From the human T2T-CHM13v2.0 reference genome, Homo sapiens: DNA of 64,000 bases. The notes beneath the pieces were generated by a model that did not search any database, was not told the DNA's origin, and saw nothing but the letters and a program-made list of their open reading frames with translations. The position numbers were made by a program, and so were the translations under genes. Positions 1 through 14,604 of the stretch are shown piece by piece. Where the stretch lies: assembly GCF_009914755.1 (NCBI RefSeq), contig NC_060928.1. One strand, written 5' to 3'. Position 1 is the first letter of the stretch, and each line of letters opens with the position of its first letter.

Positions 1-1735
1 ATGGTATTTCTAGTTCTAGATCCTTGAGGAATCGCCACAATGGCTGAACTAATTTACACTCCCACCAACAGTGTAAAAGCATTCCTATTTTTCCACAACC
101 TCTCCAGCATCTGTTGTTTCTTGACTTTTTAATGATCACCATTCTAACTGGTGTGAGATGGTCTCATTGTGGTTTTGATTTGCATTTCTCTAATGACCAG
201 TGATGATGAGCATTTTTTCATATGTCTGTTGGCTGCATAAATGTCTTCTTTTGAGAAGTGTCTGTTCATATCCTTTGCCCATTTTTTGATGGGGTTCTTG
301 GCTTTTTTCTTGTAAATTTGTTTAAGTTCTTTATAGATGCTGGATATTAGCCCTTTGTCAGATGGATAGATTGCAAAAATTTTCTCCCATTCTGTAGGTT
401 GCCTGTTCACTCTGATGATAGATTCTTTTGCTGTGCAGAAGCTCTTTAGTTTAATTAGATCCCATTTGTCAATTTTGGCTTTTGTTGCCATTGCTTTTGG
501 TGTTTTAGACATGAAGTCTTTGCCCATGCCTATGTCCTGAATGGTATTGCCCAGGTTTTCTTGTAGGATTTTTATGGTTCTAGGTCTTACGTTTAAGTCT
601 TTGATCCATCTTGAGTTGATTTTTGTATAAGGTGTAAGGACGGGGTCCAGTTTCAGTTTTCTGCATATGGCTAGCCAGTTATCCCAACACCATTTATTAA
701 ATAGGGAATCTTTTCCCCATTGCTTGTGTGTGTCAGGTTTGTTAAAGATCAGATGATTGTAGATGTGTGGTGTTATTTCTGAGGCCTCTGTTCTGTTCTA
801 TTGGTCTATATATCTGTTTTTGTACAGTACCATGCTGTTTTGGTTACTATAGCCTTGTAGCAGAGTTTGAAGTCAGGAAGCATGATGCCTCCAGCTTTGT
901 TCTTCTTGCCAAGGATTGTGTTGGCTATGTGGGCTCTTTTTTGGTTCCATATGAAGTTTAAAGTAGTTTTTTCCAATTCTGAAAAGAAAGTCATTGGTAG
1001 CTTGATGGGGATAGCATTGAATCTATAAATTACTTTGGGCAGTAAGGCTATTTTCACAATATTGATTCTTCCTATCCATGAGCATGGAATGTTTTTCCAT
1101 TGGTTTGTGTCCTTTCTTATTTCCTTGAGCAGTGGTTTGTAGTTCTCTTTGAAGAGGTCCTTCACATCCCTTGTAAGTTGGATTCCTAGGTATTTTATTC
1201 TCTTAGTAGCAATTGTGAATGGGAGTTCACTCATGATTTGGCTCTCTGTTTATGTGTTATTAGTGCACAGAAATACTTGTGATTTTTGCACATTGATTTT
1301 GTATCCTGAGACTTTGCTGCAGTTGCTTATCAGCTTAAGGAGATTCGGGGCTGAGATGATGGGGTTTTCTAAATATACAATCATGTCATCTGCAAACAGA
1401 GACAATTTGACTTCCTCTCTTCCTATATGAATACCCTTTATTTCTTTCTCTTGCCTGACTGCCCTGGCCAGAAAGTCCAAAACTATGTTGAATAGGAGTG
1501 GTGAGAGAGGGCATCCTTGTCCTGTGCCAGTTTTCAAAGGGAATCCTTCCAGTTTTTGCCCGTTCAGTATGATATTGGCTGTGGGTCCGTCACAAATAGC
1601 TCTTATTATGTTGAGATACATTCCATCAGTACCTAGTTTATTGAGAGTTTTTAGCATGAAAGGCTGTTGAATTTTGTTGAAGGCCTTTTCTGCATCTATT
1701 GAGATAATCATGTGGTTTTTGTCATTGGTTCTGTC
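1..1735 (-). mobile_element. 5'-truncated L1PA (L1PA7/8-like) ORF2 region, continues past window start
   Basis: ORFs 1250..1711, 806..1234 and 144..527 are L1 ORF2 pieces (LFADD RT motif) broken by stops/frameshifts. Confidence 0.93.
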
Positions 1736-4414
1736 TTATAATGTCTTATGACATCGAACTATCCCAACAATAACACAATGAAATTATCACTGTAGAAGAA
1801 GACTGAAAATTATAAAGTTCCTTATCTTATTAGTGGAGAAGAAAGTAGAGGGAATAAAATATGCATATTATGAAGCACTCTCTGTAAGGTAAGGTCTAAG
1901 GACAATACTCTGACACCTTCAAGTTGACAGCACATCTATCACTACTTAATGTACTGACATAAAATAAAATTATAGTGGATAGAAATGGCATAGAATTAGT
2001 CTTCCAACAAAGAATTAATAACCTTGAGTAACTCACTGATCCACGTTTAAGGACTGTTAGTAGTAAGTATCAACTACACTTCAAGGAATACAGCATAGAA
2101 TGTTATTACTTAAGAGAGAATTCTAAAATATTAGAAATCTCTCAGGACTTTGTCATATAATTTATTTTGGTAAAGAGCTAAATTCAATAATACTCTTTTA
2201 CCACATTCTTGAAGTTATCCCTGGACAGCTGCTCTCTTTCTACTGCTTAGAATCATAGCATTTCAGGTGGCCAATCCATCTTCCATACTACAGCCAGAAT
2301 CATTTTTCTAAAATATAGATAGGATCATGTCATTTCTGTGCTTAAAACTTTCCAATTGCATATAAAATAATATCCAATTTCCTCAGCATATCATGCAAGG
2401 CCCCCATAACCATTCCTCTACCTATTTTACCAACTTTTATCACTACCACCAGTACCACCACCCCAGCCCATCCACTTCAGGTTTCTCTCTCTCAACCTAT
2501 CCTCTACTAACATCCTATTTACAATAAGACAGCCATGAGCCTCACATATCTGTGTTATCCTTATACTATTTTCTAAGCTGCCAATGCTTTCTCTCCATCC
2601 TACTACAGAGCTACACTATGTCTTATTTATTTTTATGGCCCCAGTGCATAATACTGTGCCTGTCATATAGTATTTATTAAACATGTAATCAGTGAGTAAA
2701 CTTACATAGGTCTCATAGAAAGTGGACACAATTTCCTGACCAGCAGTTCACACAATTTGTATGCTTCACATCTCAAAAACACTAAAGAAAGTTGGTGAGT
2801 TTTCTTATTGCTAAACATTATTGGATGTTTTCCAAAAGTAATTACAATCTTGCTTTGCTTTTTTGTTCCAAACATAGTATTTTTCACAAGTCCCACTTAC
2901 TGCAGTTTAGTCTCACTGACACCATTAGTAATCTATACAACATTTTTGCATTATTTGTCCTTGTTATGATCCTTCTCATGTATTTAGCTGATTCATGCTT
3001 CAAACATCATCAAGATCACAAAAAATCCCTTTATGCTCCTAGCAGGTATTGAGGAAAAAAAGAGCCATTCTAAATATGCCAAGAGCATTATAATTCTCCC
3101 TAATAAGTGAAATATTTTTATGACAGCCTAACTTACTAGGGCTTCACCAAAGCCTAACTGACTACAGGAAACTTTAGACTCTGACAAGTAAGATCTTGAA
3201 ATTATACTTGTCATTTTGTCACTAAAAATCTCTAACAGTGCCTCAGCTTCTAAATCTAGCTGCCCCGTAATATCTTAAGCATGTATCTAAAACTTAACTC
3301 ACTATCTTTGTCAGTACCATGCTCACTCATTTCCTAATATGTTCCCATTACCCACCTTGATTAAAATATAAGGAATACTTCCATACACTAAACATTCCAC
3401 TGGAGATTCTATAGAGAAATTCTAAAAGGGAAGTTGAATTATCTAACTGAAAATATTAGAGAACTAATACACAAGGCAGTCAAGTGACTTACCAGGACAA
3501 GGGAGTAATACCCTATGTATTAATAATTAAGATAACCCAAGTTAGAAGTATCAGTCACACTTACAGATTACCACTGGATCATCTTTAAATAATTATGCAT
3601 GAATATTCTGTTCTGGTACAAAGAAATAATAAACCACCAATAAGACTAGTCGTATACATATATAGAGATACATGTGTTTTATATATATAGATACACCCAC
3701 TCCTAGAAGTCAACAGATATTTAAATAAATGAATATAATTTTAAAACACAATCTTCTTAGTTAATGTCTAAGGAGAAAAGGATGGTACAATATGTTACCG
3801 GGCTCCAGATATAATTCACCCAGCCTTTCAACTCTGGTATATGTGCATGCAATTACTGGCACATTTTCCTAAGCATCTATCATTTCTGTTGTTTAATACC
3901 TACAATGAAATGAGAAATAAATAGGAAATGCAATACATTACTGATATATGGGTAAACTGTTTTCTATTCTTAACATAGTTGTCTTAATGAGTTAACAGTT
4001 GAGTAGGTAGATACTTTGATGCAAAGTATCTGTATCTACTCTACCTATAGAGCAGGTATTTGCAGCAGCTTGGAAAATTTAGCACTAGGTCAGTTGCAGC
4101 CATCGTTTTCTCTCTTTCTTTTACACTTCACGGTGAATCAGAACAAAACAGGAGTCTTTGATTTTTGTGGCAAGTAGAACCTTGTTCCAAGTTCAATAAG
4201 CAGTTTTCGTATGATTGATAATTTGCACAGAAGGATTAAAATGGCTTGAAATTTTAAGTAATTAAATGTGCTTTCTTGTAATAAAAATATTCTAGTCATT
4301 CCCTCTATGCTATAAACACTCTGGTATATTATTTCTATAAATACTCTGGTATATTATTTCTCTTTTCTCCTATCTAGTCTATGTGTATGTGTCCATATGT
4401 CTAGTGTATGTGTG

Positions 4415-4660
4415 TGGTAAGAACACAACATGAGATTCACCCTCTTACCACGAAATTTTAAGTGCACACCATATCATTAACTGTATATTAATTGTTGTAC
4501 AGCAGATCCCTAGAAATTATATCTTGTATAACTTTATACTCACTGAACAACAACTTCCCATTTCCCACTACCCATGTTTAATCATTCTATTTCTGCTTCT
4601 ATAATTCTGCTTTAGATGGCTCATATAAGTGGAATCATGCTGTATTTGTTCCTGTGACAA
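4415..4660 (-). mobile_element. Old L1M (L1MB-like) 3' end fragment
   Basis: catgagattcaccctctta...catataagtggaatcatg resembles L1M 3' UTR. Confidence 0.6.
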
Positions 4661-4807
4661 GAACTTACATTTTTTAAAAGATTCCATGATGATTCTAGAA
4701 CAACACCCTCACATGTTAATGGGAAGACTGAGACCTAGAGAAAGGAAAAGGATCACAACATTGTGAGCAGCAGCCTGGGTTCAGGAAGCACCCTTTCTTT
4801 CATTCTT

Positions 4808-7312
4808 GTTTTTCCAACTTTAATTTTAGGTTCAAGGAGTACATGTATGGGTGTGTTATATGGGTAGGTTGCGTGCTGCAGAGGTTTGGTGTATAGATTA
4901 TTTCATTACCCAGGTAATTAGCATAGAACCCAATAGGTATTTTTTCGATCTTCTTCCTCCTCCCATCTTTCATCCTCAAGTAGGCCCTGGTGTCTATTGT
5001 TCTCTTCGTTGTGTCCATGTGCACTCAATGTTTAGTTTCTACTTATAAGTGAGAACATGTGGTATTTGATTTTCTGTTCCTGCATAAGTATGTTAAAGAT
5101 AATGGCTTCCAGCTCCATCCATATTGCTGCAAAGGGCATGATCTCATTCATTTTATGACTGTGTAGTATTCCATGGTGTATATGTATCACAATTTTCTTT
5201 ATGCAGTCCACCATTGATGGGCATTTAGGTTGATTTTATGTTTTTGCTATTTTTGAATAGTGTTGTGATGAACATACACATGCATGTGTCTTTATGGCAG
5301 AATGATTTATAATCCTTTGGGTATATGCCTAGTAATGGGATTGTTGGGTTGAATGGAAGCTCTGTTTTAAGTTCTTTCAGAAATCTCCAGAGTGCTTTTG
5401 ACAGTGGCTGAACTAGTTTACATTCCCGCAGGCAGTGTATAAGGGTTCCCTTTTCCTTGCAACATCACCAGCATCTGTTATTTGTTGGCTTTTTAATCAT
5501 AGCCATTCTGACTGGTATTAGATAGTATCTCATTGTGGTTTTGATTTGCATTTCTCTAATGATTAGTGATGTTGAACATTTTTTCATATGCTTGTTGGCC
5601 ATACAGATGTCTTCTTTTGAGAAGTGTCTGTTCATGTACTTTTTACATTTTTAAAGGGGTCATTTGTGTTTTCCTTGTTGGTTTAAGTTGTTTTTAAGAC
5701 TCTGGATAGTAGACCTTTGTCAAATAAATAGTCTGCAAATATTTTCTCCCATTTTGTAGGTTGTCTGTTTACTCTGTTGATAGTTTCTTTTGCTGTGCAG
5801 AAGCTTAAAGAGCTTAATTAGGTCCCACTTGTCAATTTTTGTTTCTGTTGCAATTGCAATTGCTCTTGAGGACTTAGTCATAAATACTTTCCCAAGGCCC
5901 AGGTCCAGATTGGTGTTTCCTAAGTTTTCTTCTAGGATTCTTATTGTTTGTGGTCTTATATTTAAACCTTTATTCCCTCTCGAGTTAATCTTCATATATG
6001 ATGAAAGGAAGCGCTCCAGTTTCAATCTTCTGCATACAGCTAGCTAGCTATCCCAGCACCATTTACTGAATAGGGAATCCTTTCCTCACTGCTTATTTTT
6101 GTCAACTTTGTTGAAGATTAGATGGCTGTAGGTGTGTGGCTTTAATTCTGCGTTCTCTAACCCATTCCATTGATCTATGTGTATGTTTTTGTACCAGTAC
6201 CGTGCTGTTTTGTTTACTGTATCCTTGTAGTAGAGTTTGAAATTGGGTAGTGTGATGTCTCCAGCTTTGTTCTTTTTGCTTAGGATTGCTTTGGTGATTC
6301 GGGCTCTTTTTTGGTTCCATATAAATTTTAGAATATTTTTTTCTAATTCTGTGATAAATGTTGTTGGTAGTTTGATAGGAATAGCACTGAATCTATAAAT
6401 TCCTTTGGGCAATATGGCCATTTTAACAACATTGATTCTTCTGATCCATGAGCATGGAATGTTTTTCCATTTGTTTGTGTCATCTATGATTTTTTTTTTT
6501 CCTTTTTTTCTTTTTTGAGATGGAGTCTTGCTCTGTTGCCCAGGCTGGAGTGCAGTGGCACTATCTTGGCTCACTGAAACCTCTGCTTCCCAGGTTCAAG
6601 CTATTCTCTTGCCTCAGCCTCCTGAGTAGCCAGAATTACAGGCGCATGCCACCACGCCCAACTAATTTTGTATTTTTAGTAGAGATGGGGTTTCAACATA
6701 TTGATCAGGCTGGTCTCGAACTCCTGACCTTGTGATCTGCCCACTTCAGCCTCCCAAAGTGCTGGGATTACAGGCATGAGCCACTGTGCTCAGCCATCTA
6801 TGATTTCTTTAAGCAGTGTTTTGTAGTTATCGTTGTAGAGATCTTTCACCTCCTTTGGGTAGATGTACTCTTAAGTAATGTATTTTTTTATTGGCTATTG
6901 TAAGTGAGATTGTGTTCTTGATTGGGCTCTCAGCTTGGACACAGTGTACAGAAGTGCTACTGATTTATATATATTGATTTTTTATCCTAAAACTTGGCTA
7001 AAGTTTTCATCAAATCTAGGAGCTCTTGAGCAGAGGCTATGGGGATTTCTAGGCATAAAATCATACCACTTGTGAAAAGAGACAGTTTGATTTCTTTTCT
7101 TCCTATTCGGATGCCTTTAATTTCTTTATCTTGCCTGACTGTTGTAACTAGGACTTCCAGTACTATGTGGAATAGGAGTGGTGAGAGTGGGCATACTTGT
7201 CTTGTTTAAATTCTCAAGGGGAATATGCATCCAGTTTTTGCCCATTCAGCCTCATGCTGGCTGTTGGTTTCTCACAGATGGCTCTTATTATTTCAAGGTA
7301 TATTCTTTTGAT
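4808..7312 (-). mobile_element. 5'-truncated L1PA15/16-like element, interrupted by an Alu
   Basis: L1 3' UTR at 4808-5050; degenerate ORF2 ORFs 5032..5214, 5720..6025, 6086..6574. Confidence 0.9.
6491..6795 (-). mobile_element. AluS (Sg/Sc-like) nested in L1
   Basis: Full dimer with poly-T; TSD atctatgattt at 6482-6492 and 6796-6806. Confidence 0.93.
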
Positions 7313-8362
7313 GCCTTAAATCTCTCTCTTAAATTTAATACATTTTGGTCCTTACATTCTTATTGCAATATCTATCAGCAGTATATGTAGGGATATTTTA
7401 AACAGTTTCTGACTTTTAAAGGTTTTTGAGGTTAATTACTTTTAATCTACTTCAAAAGTGAAAAATGCTCTATATATTTTGTTTTGCAAATCTAAGGCAC
7501 ATATAAACATTCAATAGTAAAGCAAATATAAACCTAATGCCATCATTGGTATCTTGAAACAAAATATGCTTAATAACACTGATCTAAACTATAAGATAAT
7601 TTTTGGACTGCTCAAAAAATTCAGAAAGCAGGAATCCTTTCACAAACCAGAAACCCTTATCAACCATAAAACAAGCAGCTCTGCTATAGAGAAAGGCCTT
7701 CCTATCAGATTCTTGACAATTTGGGACCAGGTTTAAGATGTATAAGAACTCAGATCTACTCTAAATTTTCAAGATAAGTAAAAATTCTGATCACCTCTAA
7801 CATTATTTTTCATTACAGTTCCCAATACGTACGAAATATTTCTTTTAAACTTTATAAAGTATTTACATGTTGCAAAATTAGTTGTATGCTTCAAGAGCAA
7901 CAATTAGGTTAGTGTTATGTGAATTCTTTCAGCTTCCTAGAATCACGTTACAATTTCAGAGTCTTCATCAGTCATGCTCCTGGCTGCTATTTTCATGACC
8001 ATTTATTAGCTTGGAGGTGATGTATTGTAATATCTGTTTTTAAATTTTCCCCTTTTCCATAAAATAATGCAGTATTTCCACCACAAACAAGACTGACATA
8101 ACCTGAGGTTTTAAAAGTAATTTTTCATAAAGTTTTATTTCAGTGACTATACACCATGCCAATATAAACAAATTAACTACTTTCTCACTTATCCTTAACT
8201 AATTTTAAACTCACAAGACTTTAATATGCCATCCAGATTTTAATGTTTATATGTAATTTTTACAGATGGGTGGGGGAGAGAAGGACCACTGCTAAAACCT
8301 CCAAATTTAATTTCCATTTTGATTGTCCTTTTGCAATTCCAAGGTGTACTTAGAAACAGACA

Positions 8363-8445
8363 TGCAGTGAGCCAAAATTGTGCCACTGCACTTCAGCCTG
8401 GGTGACAGAGTGAGACTCCATCTCAAAAAAAAAAAAAAAAAGAAA
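8363..8445 (+). mobile_element. Severely 5'-truncated Alu (last ~60 nt plus poly-A)
   Basis: tgcagtgagcc...actccatctc(A)n; flanks aaacagacatgca / aaatagacatgca. Confidence 0.88.
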
Positions 8446-9799
8446 AATAGACATGCATGACATGCATGAATATCATGTAGCTACAAGCAGAAAATGGGAA
8501 TAATTAATTCTCAGCTTCAGGTAAAGTGGCATCAATCTTACAGGCTTGACAATACAAAACTTTCACTGAACAACTGTGTACTACAGTTGCTCTACTCTTT
8601 CACAAATCATTTCTCCATCCCATATCTGGCTATAAGCCAGGGAGAAAAAATGATGGATAACTATTGGGAGCACTTATGTTAAGAATCCTTTGCTTCACTC
8701 ATGATAGATCACCTTGAAAAAAATGTAGAGAGATCAGAAAGCTCTACAAATATTAATATCAATTATAGCATTCGTATTTTGGTACCTGATGTTATTTTAA
8801 ATACTTATTTCATTACTTCAAAAATACTGAAAAAATATCTCAACAAATATATTTTTAAAAATCTTTAATGTGGCCTACAAGATGCTGCATGATCCTTCTT
8901 TGTCTACCTCTCCATTCACTTTTCTAGCCACTCCTCTCCACTTTCCCATTTGCTCCAACTTCCTTCAGCTGTTTCAGGCCTTTGAGCATTTTATTCCCTC
9001 TGTCTACAAGATTTTCCTCTCTTTCCACTCCCCACTCCCCAATATCACTTAAATAATTTCAAATATTATCTTAGGTATCATTTACTTAAGAAAAACTGCC
9101 TAACTCCCTGTTTTAAACTCCTATTGTTTTCTGCAGTATTCATCACCATGATAACTATTTAACAAAGAGGTCACAAATTAGTAGCCTACTGGCTATAATA
9201 AGCTATTTGATTAAGTCTTATAGTTTCAAAAATCTAAGCCACTGTTTATAATGGAAAGATTACACATAAATCTTACAGTAACCCTATTTAATTTATATTT
9301 ATCCCTAGATTACAATAAAAAACTATTGACTGAAAACCCAAATTGTTTCCCATTTATATACTTAAACATCTCTAAAATACTTTAAAAACTTTGGATATAA
9401 ATGTAGTATAACTAAATTTACTTGGCAGCACTTTTGCTTTATTAAGATAAGTACTGAATAATGGAAAAGTTATAGTAGTCAACTGTCCACTCATCTGATG
9501 GTGATATTGAACCACAACATTGATACCTGCTTTCTTTGCTTTGGTTAAGCATTTCATGAAAATATAACTGCTGCTTAGATGAATATGAACATTTGTTTTA
9601 GCTAAAACTTCACAATTACACTATATCTCTGACTAAAATAAGTTTTACTTCAAGTAAACTCAAAGCCTTATTGTTTTAAGAGACCAAATAAATTCTCTCA
9701 AATTCTATGCTACATAAAATATAAGTGTGAAAATAAAATCAGAGGTCACCAGATTCTTGTCCTACTTATCCAAATACACGCAGAACACATTCAATCTAA

Positions 9800-10040
<241 letters not shown>

Positions 10041-10077
10041 AAGAAGAACTTTTAAGTACATACAAAATTTTCTTAAA

Positions 10078-10397
10078 TAGTCAGCTCTCTATATCTATGG
10101 GTTCTGCATCCATGGATTTAACCAATTGCTCAGTGAACATATTTGGGGAATAAAAATGAATGTCTGTGTCTGTACTGAGCATGACGTTTTTTCTTGTCAT
10201 TATTCCCTAAACAATACAGTATAACAACTATTTACATAGCATTTCCATTGTATTAGGCATTAGAAGTTATCGCGAGATGATCTGAAGTATAAAGGTGGAT
10301 GTGCATAGGTTACATGCAAAGGGACTTGAGCATTTGTGGATTACAGAATCTGGGGGAGTCCTGAAACCAATCCCCCATCGATACCGGGGGATGACTG
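10078..10397 (-). mobile_element. MER2 (TcMar-Tigger) non-autonomous DNA transposon
   Basis: Terminal inverted ends tagtcagctct.../...gggatgactg; internal ttattccctaaacaatacagtataacaac. Confidence 0.85.
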
Positions 10398-12664
10398 AAC
10401 TTGTATTTCACTGAATATCTTGCTATAAAATGAAAATAGTATTATTCATACATACTTTTAACAGATAGAATGCTCATCAGTTAAAAATATCAAATTTGTG
10501 CCTACTGTGAACATTTGAACTTATTTATTTGAAGTTTATACTATTACTAATAAATAATATTTTGTTCAGGAATGAGGTGGTAATGTAAATGGAAAGGAAG
10601 AAGACATAGATAAGCTAGGCAGCTTTGAAAATATGTGGAAAATGTCATTCCTGTTCATCCAGTTAAGTGCTTTAATAGGACCTATCATCAATGCATTGAG
10701 ATGTTAGGAGCAGGGATGCTGGGACTGAATTTAAGAGTTATTAATATAAGATGAAATATCTTGGGTCTTTGCATGTAGGATAACCTATTTATAAGCAAAA
10801 CAGATTAATTATTTCATGGAAAGATGAATTTGCAGTAAGAGCAATTAAGCAAAGAAACCCAATTGTACCAGCTGACACTACATCAACTAAATAGATTTCA
10901 TTCCTATTTGAATAGCATGCTCTGAACAACATGAGTGTTTAATAAGGTTTGACAGATGTTATGATATAGTGACTAGAAAGGATAAAATTACCAGAATTTC
11001 ATTTTTAAGGCCTAAAACAAGCAAGATAACATCTCTTGAATGATCATTAGTAAGAATACTGTACAATTCCTTTCAGTTTTGAATTAATCGAGAAACTTTA
11101 TTCTAATCTTATACCATCTGTAAAGTAAACCCAAAGCAGGCAATTTTAAAGACATAGAATAATTTTTCCTATGGAATTAAGACAGAAATATGTCAGTCGA
11201 CCATAAAATACACAGTTGCATGAATTTTTTAACAGACAAGCAGAGTTGCCACTAATCTCCCTATAAAGTATAAAAACAGATGCTTCACCAGTGTTTAACA
11301 GGAGCATTTATGTATTGAATTGGAAAGGCAATACATTTGCTTGATTTGAAAATGTACAATCAGCATTCCTAATATATATATTTTTAGAACTGGCCAGAAA
11401 ATGTATTTTAATCCTAATCAATCATCTTATGTTTACTTTGGCAAGCTGGAAATGACAAGAAATCATCTGCATAATATAAACAGTATTCCCAGTTTGCGAA
11501 ACTAGCTTATTTATTACTGTTCAAAACAAAAAAATAGATAACTTGATTTTCATAATCTCCCAGAAAAAAATATGACCTAAACTATTCATTCATAGTAAGA
11601 AATAACTCACTTTAATTAAAATTTGATAAGTCAGAAAGCTGATGATAATAGTTTCAATTTTGAGGGAAGGGGGAATAAAAAGTTTTAAATAAATCCAAGG
11701 TATTTTTCTTATTATTTTCCCACAAATGATAAAAAATTTCAACAGAGAGGCGGTAAAGTACCAAGTACAGATCATCCATTAAACATAAAAATGAGGGCTG
11801 GCAGTAGGTTTCTTATTTTTCTTGAGAGTAATTAATAAAGACATAATCTTAAGGGACCTTCCTTTTGTTTTTTATTTGGTTTTCAGGCAAATTTGATTCT
11901 GGGATAATTTTAAGTGTGTTTATTATCAGCAGTAACTTGGGCCTGCCTGAAAATATGGAGAACAGCACAAGGGATGCTGTCAATAAAGTACTGTGAAGTT
12001 TTTTCACCTAAAAAAACTGAAGTTTCTGCAAAAATATAGATTTAGTTACATCCTAGGTAACGACATTAATTTCATCTTTTTACCCATAGCTTCAAAGCTC
12101 AGACTATAGTTATCCATATTTCTACATTTAAGCATTCAACTCCTAGGTTTACAAACTCCTTACTTGTGAATACTCTATATAGCTTAACATATTCTCCTGC
12201 ATTGCATGACATAGATGATTTGTCCTCCCAAGAGGGCAGTATTTCCTTTTGTCAAATCGTAAAATTGTTAGCAAGCAGCTTTGGCTGGGAGGCAACAAAG
12301 TTTTGTGAATTGTATCTTTTTATAAACACAGATTCTTAAACACCTTCCCAAGTGGCCTTTCTATACTTTCCATCACTGAAGAGAAACAGCCCCTGTCCTA
12401 AGCAAAAGAGCAAATATGATATTGCCCCCAACTTCCTGGCATTTTACCCATTTAGTAGCATTACCAAGATGGAAGTAAATCACAGTGAGCGGGTATGACC
12501 CAGATTTGTATTTACAATGCTGGGTCAGCAGAAGAAGCAGTATATGAGAGAAAGAATCCAGAGAGGATGATGAGGCCCAAACAGAAGAGATGCTGAAGGC
12601 CTGGATGGTTATTTTTGCCAATGGCTTAAGAATGTGTCATTATTTCATAGTCAAATTTCATTTA

Positions 12665-12943
<279 letters not shown>

Positions 12944-13799
12944 TTATGGTCAAAACTATTACTTCAGAGCTAATACTACCAAACTCTTTTTATGAAATGT
13001 TTATTTGGCTTTGAAAATTTATAGCTTCCTAAGGCATCTTAAAAAATTGATAATCAAACAGATAATATTTTTAACCCTATTAACCATTCATAATATTTCT
13101 TCCCAGAACTTTCCAGTTATATTATTCTCACAGATTTATCTAGATGAACTTTAGTGTTGTTTTAGGTACAGTAAAATAACGTATCTATTATATTCTCTAA
13201 ACAACTGTTTTAATAAATTCCCACCAAAAATCCTATGAGCAACTTCCTATTTTTTGTAACTTCCTTTTTCTTATTAACAATACTATGTATATCTTCCAGG
13301 CCACTGCATAAATATCTACTTCAAATATTATTACAGTTACCATGTAAACCATATTTTATTAGTAAGGATGTCCACTTTATTAATATTTGTAGCAAATTAA
13401 AGTATTACGCATTCACATAATCTGCTTAATTTCTAGAGGAATCCTAGTTTAAAAAATAAAAGTTACTGAAGAATCTCTGAAAATTAAGCCTGATTTGATT
13501 GTAATAGTTGCCCTTATAAGCTTTATGTAAATATTATAGTTAATTTTTTTTCAAAGGGGGGCAGAGTTTGTACAAATATCATGAAATGTCCAATAGGTTT
13601 TTATTTTATAGAATTCTCACTTTGATATTCAGGGATCAGAACAACTGAAATTCTTTTCTACCTAACTCTATTATGTTAGAAACACATAAAAATACTTACT
13701 AAATCTGCTCAATGTTATTGTAAATATAAAATATGGGGAGGCATCGGGCTGTCCTTTTGCTAATACAATATCAAAAAAACCGGGGGAAGTCATACTTAC

Positions 13800-13836
13800 G
13801 AGTAAACATGGTAAGAAACCAAGGGATGGCATAGAG
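13800..13836 (-). CDS. TBCK: TBCK exon ~21 (37 nt): LYAIPWFLTMFT(H)
   Basis: catag|CTC acceptor, CTC|gtaagt donor; WFxTxF TBC motif. Confidence 0.95.
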
Positions 13837-13971
13837 CTATGAGTGGAAAAAGGGGTACAGGGAATGGATAAAAAGGAAATAAAAAAGATAATTAGAATGA
13901 TTACCAATAAACTAAATGGTAAATGTAAGTTCTATGTTTTGGTCTACTTTATTGGTTAAAATAAAAGAGAA

Positions 13972-14293
13972 TGTAGTGTTAAGTTTAGCCTAAAGCTGCC
14001 TCCTTAAATGTTTTAAGTTCGGCCTAAAGATTTCTCCATACATAGTGAATCATATCTAACTGGATGTGTAAACAGACTGTAGCAAATGCTGAGCTGTAAC
14101 CAATCTAGCTGTTTCTGTACCTCACTTTTGTTTTCTGTATGTCACTTTTCTTTTTCTGTCCATAAATCTTCCACCATGTGGCTATGCTGGAGTGTCTGAA
14201 CCTCTTCTGGCTTGGGGGCTGCCAATTTATGAATTGGTCTTTCCTCAATTAAACTCTGTTAAATTTAATTTGTCAAAGGTTTTTCTTTTAACA
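13972..14293 (+). mobile_element. MER57-type ERV1 solo LTR (internally deleted)
   Basis: tg...ttaagtttagcctaaagctgcctcc start, aattaaactctgttaaattt...ttttaaca end. Confidence 0.8.
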
Positions 14294-14515
14294 TAGGTAA
14301 TTACAGTTATTACAAATACTCTTATATAATGATACTATCCACATTACAAATGTAGATGACTCTTTTGGCAAAGATTATTCACAGAATGTCTTTATTTCAC
14401 CAAAGGATAGACTCAAGACCATGGCTAATCCAAATGCAATGCTGGTATACTAATTTCAAGGGTATATTTTACTTTACAGGTTTGTACAGAATATTTCTGA
14501 GATTTTAAAGATCCT

Positions 14516-14563
14516 TGTGTTAGTTAATTGACTGCATCAGGTGATACCTAGGTATCTGGTTAA

Positions 14564-14604
<41 letters not shown>

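Noticed and set aside
3493-3767. Additional acceptor (3768) and strong donors (CTG|gtaagt at 3492) near the candidate poison exon
   Set aside because: AT-rich intron-like content between them; no exon definition evidence
12164-12397. Possible cryptic exon just after exon 22 (cttag|GAC or ttcag|TGA acceptors, CAA|gtaagg donor)
   Set aside because: Such motif pairs arise often by chance; early stops and no other support
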